Shown: positions 55,652 to 64,000 of the stretch, in pieces
Layout: each line of letters begins with the position of its first letter
How positions within the stretch are numbered: the stretch's first letter is position 1
Source of the DNA: an uncultured Gemmatimonadaceae bacterium
GTDB taxonomy: Bacteria; Gemmatimonadota; Gemmatimonadetes; Gemmatimonadales; Gemmatimonadaceae
Length of the DNA stretch: 64,000 nucleotides
Direction of reading: 5' to 3'
Assembly: GCA_963781585.1 (NCBI GenBank)
Contig: CAWAGQ010000005.1
Location: 96,001 to 160,000, forward strand
The notes under the pieces: generated by a model
What the model was told of the DNA's origin: nothing
Seen by the model: only the letters and a program-made list of their open reading frames with translations
Databases searched by the model: none
Made by a program: the position numbers and the translations under genes

Positions 55652-56191
55652 TCACGAGTCCTTCGCCGGTTCTCCCCTGGGCGCCTTTGTGCTCGACGCT
55701 GCCCGACGATCAGCGGTCAGAAAGTCGAGGTCGAACACATCGCCCTGATACATCGCTTTCTCGCTCGCGGGGGCGCCGCCGAACCACCGGATCAGTGTCA
55801 CCTCGAATTCCAGCGACGGATGGTCGTGTGGCAGCTTGGGCATCTCGCGGAGGCTGCTGCGGGTGAGCGTAGGGAGGAGCACGATGTCGTCCTTGGCATC
55901 GATTCTTGCTCGTCCCACGGGCACCAGGACATCCCAGGCGATGGTCACGTCCGGGCCGACGGCCTTCGGATCGATCTTCACGTCGATGTAGCGCAGTTCG
56001 TGTGCCGACCGGTCCATGAACAGGCGGTCTACCTTCCCGATCTCCGTCCCGTCGCTCGACCGGACCCTCCAGCCTCGCACATCAGGCGCGTCGTGCAGCC
56101 GAACGTCCTTCATGTCGCGCAGGGGCGCCACATTCGAGGAGGAAGACGATTCGGCCTGAGGGGTGTTCGTCGTTCGGGGGTTCTGGGTCAT
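55652..56191 (-). CDS. PRC-barrel domain protein
   Basis: RBS AAGGAG; PDVRGWRVRSSDGTEIGKVDRL...RYIDV...VLVPVGRARID. Confidence 0.85.
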   Translation of the reverse strand: MTQNPRTTNTPQAESSSSSNVAPLRDMKDVRLHDAPDVRGWRVRSSDGTEIGKVDRLFMDRSAHELRYIDVKIDPKAVGPDVTIAWDVLVPVGRARIDAKDDIVLLPTLTRSSLREMPKLPHDHPSLEFEVTLIRWFGGAPASEKAMYQGDVFDLDFLTADRRAASSTKAPRGEPAKDS

Positions 56192-56644
56192 CGCGGATCT
56201 CCTTCCTGGCAAGGTTCGTCAGGGTTGGCCAAAGGCCGAAGGCCAGCGGACGTCTCTCCCTTCCCCTCGGAGAGTGGCAGCGCGTGCTGCGGTGCAGCGA
56301 CCGCGACTCGCGGAGAGCGCTGCGACAGGCCTCCGTCGGGGCCATCGCTCGGATAGGTCTTCTTTGGACAGTACCTCGCTTGCACACCAATGTCAACACA
56401 TTTGCCAACAACGAGTTAGCATGTCATTGACGAGGCCGGCGCGCCAGCGGATGAGCCAGGTGGGAATTCGTTGGCGTCTCTGCAGCCACCGGTGTGGCGC
56501 ACGCCAGTACGCACGCAGGTCCCGCCTGCCTTTGCCAGGTCCTCCGATTGGATCTCATCGATCTTGATGATCGGTGATCCCACCGATAACGTCGCCTTGC
56601 TCGTGACACCCCCGATCCCGTTGAATTCCGTCGGAGACTTCTGC

Positions 56645-58121
56645 ATGCGAAGATCCTCTCTCGCCACGCGGCTGATTGCCGCCGCGCTGACCTCGCTCGC
56701 GCCCCCCGTCCTGCTCGCCCAGAGCATGTCGGTGGACATCGAGAGCGGGACGTGGGCGCTCACCAACGCGCGGATCGAGACCGTCACCAAGGGCACGATC
56801 GCCAAGGGCACCATCGTCATTCGCAACGGCGTGATCGATGCGGTCGGTGCCAACGTCACGCCACCGCCGGACGCGAGGGTCATGGATCTCTCCGGCAAGA
56901 CGGTCTATCCCGGGTTCATCGATCTCACGTCGACGATGGGGCTGACAACGGAGGCGCCGGCCGGTGGACGGGGTGGCCGCGGGGGGGGCGGGTTGAACCT
57001 CCCTCCCGGTGTGACCCCCGAGATGGTGGCGGCCTTTCTCGGCCAGGCACCAACTCAGCAGGAAGGGCCCGCGGAATGTGGGGCTCGAGCCGGGACGCGA
57101 CGTGGCCAGCGAGATCAATCCGTCGGCGACCGACGTGCGCGCGGCCCGTGATCAGGGAGTGACCGCGGTGCTGGTGGCGCCCGGTCGCGGCCTTTTCCGT
57201 GGCCGGTCGGCGCTGGTCCCGATGCGCGACGACACCGCGGCGCACTGGATCGTGAAGTCGCCGGTGTCGCTGAACGTGGGCTACCAGGGCGTACCCGGCC
57301 AGTACCCGGGGACGCTGCTGGGTGTGATCGCCTATCAGCGGCAGGCGCTGTACGACGCCCAGCCGTCACGCGATGGTCGTGGACCGCTACAAGGCGGACC
57401 CGCGCGGGATGCCGAGGGAGGAATACAATCCCGACCTCGACGCGCTGGTACCGGTGGTGCGTGGCGAGCTGCCGATGTTCATCGCGGCGAGCAACGAGAA
57501 CGAGATCCGCCGGGCGCTGGCCCTGGCGAAGGAGTTCGACGTCAAGGTGACGGTGGTGGGTGCCACCGAGGGATTCGAGGCGATCGATGCGCTCAAGTCG
57601 GCGCGGCCGCCGGTGGTCTCGGTGAACTTTCCCGATGCCGCAGCAGGTGACGGGCTGGGACTACGCGTTCGCCACGCGACCGGGCTTCGCGATGGACAGC
57701 GCGGCGCGGGTGGCAGCGGTCCGGAAGGACGTCGAAGGAAACCCCGCGGCCCTCAACGCGGCCGGCATCAGAGTTCGCGCTCGCCTCGGGCGGGCTCGCG
57801 CCTAACGTCTTCATGGCCAACGTGAAGAAGGCGATCGCCGCCGGCCTGCCGCGCCAGACGGCGCTCGAGGCGCTGACCATCCGTGCCGCCGAGATCGCGG
57901 GCGTGGACCAGCAGCTCGGCAGCATCGAGCCCGGCAAGATCGCGGACCTGGTGATCACCGAGGGCGACGCTGACCGACGGCGGGCACGTCCGCACCGTCT
58001 TCGTGGACGGCGACGACTACGCCGTGGTGCCGGCGCCGCCGGCCGGCGGTCGGGGCGGCCGCGCCGGTGGCAATTCCACACCTCCGAATCCACAGGAGAA
58101 GCCATGACGCCGATGGCATGA
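56645..58121 (+). CDS. Secreted amidohydrolase-fold protein 1 (no HxH motif; several frameshifts)
   Basis: ALTNARI...GTIVIRNG.I, DLSGKTVYPGFIDL, LGSIEPGKIADLV. Confidence 0.8.
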
Positions 58122-59549
58122 CTGACGGCCGGGGCGGCGTCCGTTGGGGGCGGCGCCCGATCGTTTCGTTTCACCGCCGGCGCCCTGGCGGCAGCGTTCC
58201 TCGTTCGGCGCGTCGGTCGGAGGGGCGCAGGATGCGCCACAGGCGACCGGCGGCTTCGATCCGCTGACGCTGCCGGTACCGCCGGCCGGGACGCTGGTGG
58301 CGATCACCCACGCCAACATCATGACGGCGAGCCACGGCAACATCATGAACGGCACGATCCTGATCCGGAACGGCAAGATCGCCGAGGTCGGGACCAACGT
58401 GCAGGTGCCGGCGGGCGCGAAGATCATCGACGCCACGAACAAGTGGGTCACGCCGGGCATCATCGACGAGCACTCGCACAGCGGCCCCGAGGCGATCAAC
58501 GAGGGGACGCAGTCGATCACCGCCGAGGTGCGCATCGGTGACGTGCTCAAGGAGGACGGCATCTCCTTCTACCGCCAGCTGGCCGGCGGCACGACGACCA
58601 TCAACGTGCTCCACGGTTCGGCCAACACCATCGGCGGCCAGAACCAGGTGATCAAGCTGCGGTTCGGGCTCCCGGTGGACAGCATGCGGCTTCCAGGGCG
58701 CGCCCCCGGGCATCAAGTTCGCGTTAGGCGAGAACGTGCGGCAGACCACCGCGCGCCGACACCACGCGCTATCCGCGCTCCCGCATGGGCCAGGAGGACG
58801 TGCTGCGCGAGGCCTTCACCCGCGCCCGCGAGTACCAGCACGAGTGGCAGGCCTACGACAAGGTCAAGGCCGATTACGACAAGAGCAAGAAGGGCGCGGC
58901 GCCCATTCCGCCCCACCGGGACCTCGAGCTCGACGCCCTGGTGGAGGTGCTCGAGGGGAAGCGGCTGGTCCACGCCCACTCCTACCGGGCCGACGAGATC
59001 CTGATGCTGCTCCGGGTCGCCAAGGACTTCGGGTTCCGGGTCGCCTCGCTGCAGCACGTGCTCGAGGGCTACAAGATCGCCGACGAGATCGCGGCCGCCG
59101 GCACCGGCGCGAGCACGTTCGCCGACATGTGGGGCTACAAGGCCGAGGCGTGGGACGCCATTCCGTACAACGCGGCCCTGATGGCCGAGCGTGGCGTGAA
59201 CGTGACCATCAACTCCGACTCCGACGAGCGGGCCCGCCGGCTGTATCAGGAGGCGGCCAAGGCGATGCGGTTCGGCGGCGCGTCGGAAGAGACGGCGCTC
59301 CGCATGATCACCCTCAACGCCGCGATCCAGCTCGGCATCGACAAGATGGTCGGCTCCATCGACGTGGGGAAAGACGCCGACATCGCGATCTTCAACGCGC
59401 ATCCGTTCTCGCCGGTGGCGCGGGTGGACATGACGCTCATCGACGGCCGGGTCTTCTTCGACCGCAACACCGCACCGACCCTCGAGTGGCTGATGCAGCA
59501 GATGAAGGCGAAGGGCAAGATCGCTTCCGACGGGGAGGGGGGGCGATGA
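58118..59549 (+). CDS. Amidohydrolase family protein 2 (metal-binding DEHSH; frameshifts)
   Basis: TPGIIDEHSH, LHGSANTIGGQ, HAHSYRADEI, QHVLEGYK, INSDS, GSIDVGKDAD. Confidence 0.88.
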
Positions 59550-60935
59550 AGGCCACAGGTCAGAGGTCGCAGGTCAGCGGCCGTAGTCGGGGTGCCGTGG
59601 GGTCCATGCGTCTGGCCGCGCTCCTGCTCGTGGCCTGGTTCGCGTCGCCGGCGGTGCGCACGCAGGGGCCGGTCGTCATTCGCAATGCGACCGTGATCCC
59701 GGTTACCGGACCGCGGATGCAGGACGCGATCGGTGGTGATGCAGGACGGCAAGATCTCCGCGGTGGGGCCAACGTGCAGCGCGCCGGCCGGTGCGCAGGT
59801 CATCGACGCCACCGGGATGTTCGTCTATCCGGGCCTGATCAACGCCGGTACCAATCTGGGATTGGTGGAGATGGGCGGCGTGCCGGGCCCGATGGACACG
59901 CGCGAGCTGGGCGACTTCAATCCGCAGGATCTGGTGATGACGGCGGTGAACGCGCAGTCGGAGCACATCGCCATCACCCGGGCGAACGGCATCACCAGCG
60001 CGGTCGCGGTGGCCGGCGGCTCGGTGATGTCGGGCATCGCCGCCCTGATCAATCTGTACGGCTATACCAACCGCGACATGATCGCGAAGGAGAAGCTCGC
60101 GCTCCTCCTCTCGTGGCCTAACGTCGGCGGCGGCGGCGGGCGCGGACGTGGCGGGCGGGGAGGCCGGTTCGGGGGCTCCGGCGCGGGCGGGAGCGCGGCG
60201 AGCGAATGGCCGCCTACCAGCGATCAGGTGCGCCAGATCTACGACTGGTTCAATGATGCCAAGGCGTATGCCGACGTGAAGTCACGCCTCTCGGCCAACG
60301 GGGCGCAGCTTCCGATCTCGTTCCACGAGAACCTGCAATACGATGCCATGACGCCGGCGATCCGTGGCCAGATGCCGGTCCTGGTGGATGCCAATACCGT
60401 GGAGCAGATGCGCGACGTGATCAGGTTCGCGGACAGCATGAACGTGAAGGTCATCATCCACGGCGCGCGACGAAGGGTGGAAGTATCGCGGACACGCTGG
60501 CCGATGAAGCACATTCCCGTGGTCGTGCCGCCGCTCACGTCCGAGCCGCCGAGTGAGGACCGTATACGACGAGGTGTACGCCAATCCGGGCGTCATGGCG
60601 AAGGCCGGCGTGATGCTCGCCTTCGAGACCGGCGGCGCATCGAGCGCGCGTGACCTGCCTTACGAGGTGGGGCTCGCCGAAGCGTACGGACTCGATCCGG
60701 AAGAGGCGCTGAAGGGGATCACCATCAACCCGGCGAAGATGTTCGGCGTGGACAACGAGTACGGATCGATCGAGGTCGGGAAAGTGGCGAACGTGATCGT
60801 GACGACGGGTGATCCGATCGACATCCGCACGCTGATCAAGCAGATCTTCATTCGCGGGCAGCGCTGCAGTTCGACGACCGGCATACGCTGGAATACGAGA
60901 AGTTCCGGGCGCGGCCGAAGCCGAAGAAGCCGTAA
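59546..60935 (+). CDS. Secreted amidohydrolase-fold protein 3 (no HxH motif; frameshifts)
   Basis: VYPGLINAGTNLGLVE, RANGITS, ITINPAKMFG, GSIEVGKVAN; ends YEKFRARPKPKKP*. Confidence 0.8.
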
Positions 60936-61329
60936 CCGCAGAGACAGCACGCGAAGCACCGAAGCAGGGTTGGTATCGCGTGTTCGAGGGCCTTCCGGTT
61001 CGCACGACGAACCGGAGGGCCCTCACCGTTGTGGTCCGGAATGAGCTGTGCGCTTGGTGCCTCGGTCCTTGGCGTGATTCGTTTCATCAACCGCGGAGGA
61101 CGCAGCGAGGAAAGGGTGACGGCGTGAGGCGCAGACTCCGTGGTAAGCGGCTCCGCGTGCTTGAGGACCGCTCCCCAGGATCACGGAAGCACCGCGAACG
61201 CCGCCACCAGCCCCCTTCCCAGACACGTGCCCTCCGCCAATTTCCCTGCATCCCGCGGAGCCGCACCACGCCGCTGCTTCCGCGGTCCGGCCGCCCCTCG
61301 TCTTTCCCGCACTTACCGTGGAGCACGGA

Positions 61330-64000
61330 ATGACTCGCCTGACCGCGTCCATCCGCCAGTCCGCCATCATCCGTCGCGCGTTTCTCCCGCGGTATCTCAT
61401 CCGCGCAGGGCACGACCCCGACCCGCATCGCCACCGCCTGCCAGGCAGTCGTCGGATTCCACTTCCGCATACAAGGGCCCGTTCACCAACGACGTCTTCG
61501 CGGGTCTGCACGCGCGGTCGATCGGACCCGCGGTCACTTCGGGACGCATCATGTCCATTGCCGTGCATCCCACGAATCACGCCATCATCTACGTCGGATC
61601 GGCGAGCGGCGGCGTGTGGAAGACCGTGAACGGCGGCGCCAGCTGGCAGCCGCTGTTCGACCGCCAGGGTTCGTACTCCATCGGGTGGGTCACGCTCGAC
61701 CCGACGAACCCGAACGTGGTGTGGGTGGGTACCGGCGAGGGCGACTCGCAGCGCTCGGTGAGCTATGGCGACGGCGTCTACAAGAGCGAAGACGGCGGCA
61801 AGACGTGGAAGAACATGGGGCTGAAGGAGAGTGAGCACATCAGCCGAATCGCCATCAACCCCAAGGATCCGAATATCGTCTACGTGGCGGCACAGGGACC
61901 GCTCTGGGGACCGGGCGGTGACCGCGGCCTCTACAAGACCACCGACGGGGGGAAGACGTGGGAGCAGGTGCTCAAGATCCGCGAGAACACCGGCGTCAGT
62001 GATGTCGTTCTCGACCCGCGCAACCCCGACATCGTGCTCGCCACCGCGTACCAGCGACGCCGCCATCAGTGGACGATGATCGACGGCGGACCGGAGAGCT
62101 CGGTCCAGCGCTCCACCGACGGCGGCAAGACCTGGACGAAGCTCAGCGGCTTCCCTAACGAGGAGCTCGGCCGCATCGGGCTGGCCATCTCGCCGGTGAA
62201 CCCGGACGTCGTCTACGCGATCGTCGAAGCCGCCAATGACAAGGGCGGCATCTACCGCTCGGCCGACAACGGGGTCACCTGGGAACGCCGATCCGACTAC
62301 AACCAGGGCGCCATGTACTACGGCTCCATCTTCGCCGACCCGTTCGACGTGGACCGCATCTATATAATGGATGTGGTCATCCAGATCTCGGACGACGGCG
62401 GGCGGACCCTGCACCCCATCGGCAGCCGCTACATGCACGTCGACATGCACGTCATCTGGGTGGATCCCGCCAACCGCGACCACTACCTGGTCGGCAACGA
62501 CGGCGGCCTGTACCAGTCGTGGGACGGCGCCGCGACCTGGACCTTCTTCCCCAATCTTCCGGTCACGCAGTTCTACGATGTGGACGTGGACAGTGACGCG
62601 CCGTTCTACCACGTCATGGGCGGCACCCAGGACAACTACTCGCTGCGCGGGCCTGCGCGCACACGGTCCGGCCATGGGATCCTCAACCAGGACTGGATCG
62701 TGACGCAGGGCGGCGACGGATTCACGTCGCACCCCGATCCGAAGGATCCCAACATCGTCTACGCCGAATCGCAGGGCGGCGGGATCGTGCGCAACGACCT
62801 GCGCACCGGCGAGCGACTGAGCGTGCAGCCGCGCGAGGACCGGGACGATCCCGCCGGCCCGCTGGAACTGGGACGCGCCGTTCATCGTCTCGTCGCATGA
62901 TAACAATCGGCTGTACATGGGATCGCAGTTCCTCTATCGCAGCGACGACCGCGCCGCCAGCTGGAAGAAGATCTCGCCCGATCTCACGCGAACGATCGAC
63001 ATCAACACGTTGCCGCTCATGGGCAAGCTGTGGGGTCCCGACGCCGTGGCCAAGAACACGTCCACGGCGCTCTACTCGAACATCTCCGCGATCTCCGAAT
63101 CGCCGAAGAACGAACGGCTGCTCTACGTCGGCACCGATGACGGGCTGATCGAAGTGAGCGAGGACGGCGGTACCACGTGGCGCAAGATCGAGAACTTCCC
63201 GGGTGTCACCAGCGACCGGCCGTACGTGAGCCGGATCAGGGCGAGCGTGAACGACGAGCGGCACGGTCTACGCCACGCTGGAGAACCACCAGAGCGCCGA
63301 CTTCGCGCCGTACGTGTTCAAGAGCACCGATGCCGGGCGCACGTGGACGTCGATCGCCGGCGACCTGCCGAAGCAGGGCTCGGTGTACGCGTTCGCCGAG
63401 GATCATGTCGATCCGAACCTGCTGTTCGCGGGAACGGAGTTCGGCGCCTACTTCACCAAGGATGGCGGCGAAGCACTGGGTGAAGATCGCCGGCCTGCCG
63501 ACGATCGCCGTGCGCGATCTCGCCATTCAGCGGCAGCGAGAACGATCTGGCGATGGCCACGTTCGGCCGCGGGTTCTACGTGCTCGACGATTACTCGCCG
63601 CTGCGCGCGACAACGGCCGCGACCGTGGCCAATGCCGCGACTCTCTATCCGGTCCGCGATGCGATGCTGTACGTCCAGACGCAGCAGTACGGAGGCGCCG
63701 GCAATGCGTTCCAGGGCGAGGTGTTGTACTCGGCGAACAATCCGCCGTACGGCGCGGTGATCACCTGGTACATGAAGGACGGATTGAAGACGCTCAAGGA
63801 GAAGCGTGTCGAGGCCGAAAAGGCGGCCGAGAAGGCCGGCAAGCCGATTCAGTACCCGACGGCGGACCAGCTGCGCGCGGAGGAGGAGGAAGAACCGCCG
63901 GCCGTGCTGGTGACGATCATCGACGCGTCGGGGCGGGAGGTCCGGACGGTAACGGGTCCGGTCGGCAAGGGGATGCAGCGCGTGTCGTGGGACCTCCGCG
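61330..64000 (+). CDS. Secreted VPS10/sortilin-like BNR-repeat glycosyl hydrolase (partial; frameshifts)
   Basis: RSIGPAVTSGRI, repeated S.DGG.TW, HVDMHVIWVDP, GGTQDN, GTDDG, GTEFG, TFGRGFYVLDD; runs off the window. Confidence 0.9.

Overview
GC-rich (about 68-70% by eye) bacterial chromosomal DNA. The gene repertoire points to Gemmatimonadota or a similar lineage (inference): PadR/ADOP permease pairs, Ser/Thr kinase-TPR proteins starting 'MSDL..LRDALAGRY', carboxypeptidase-regulatory/TonB proteins and VPS10-like hydrolases. Many genes are broken by single-base indels but keep intact motifs, which most likely reflects long-read assembly error. Contents, left to right: (1) ADOP permeases with a PadR regulator, a Uma2 nuclease, an AbgB-like amidohydrolase and a PLP decarboxylase; (2) two TonB-type outer-membrane proteins, a MacB-like permease, a DUF4097 protein and an MFS transporter; (3) a kdp potassium-uptake locus with split KdpD, an embedded porin and a probable pseudo-histidine kinase; (4) a Ser/Thr kinase and an M20 peptidase; (5) an accessory mosaic island at about 36.7-45.75 kb; (6) vapBC, a DMT transporter, a Kef-type antiporter, a LytTR protein, VPS10-like hydrolases, nhaA, a PRC-barrel protein and three amidohydrolase-fold genes. 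The best candidate for an undescribed system is the island. It holds two parallel cassettes, each with a small secreted cysteine-rich peptide (6 Cys with knottin/potato-carboxypeptidase-inhibitor-like spacing; 8 Cys), its own DsbA-family oxidoreductase and an exported partner protein. A shared palindrome lies upstream of both peptide genes, and a LuxR-type regulator sits between the cassettes. A second notable signal is the octamer CGTTAGGC/GCCTAACG, found at least 23 times and essentially all in coding sequence. No rRNA, tRNA, CRISPR array or transposase was recognised.
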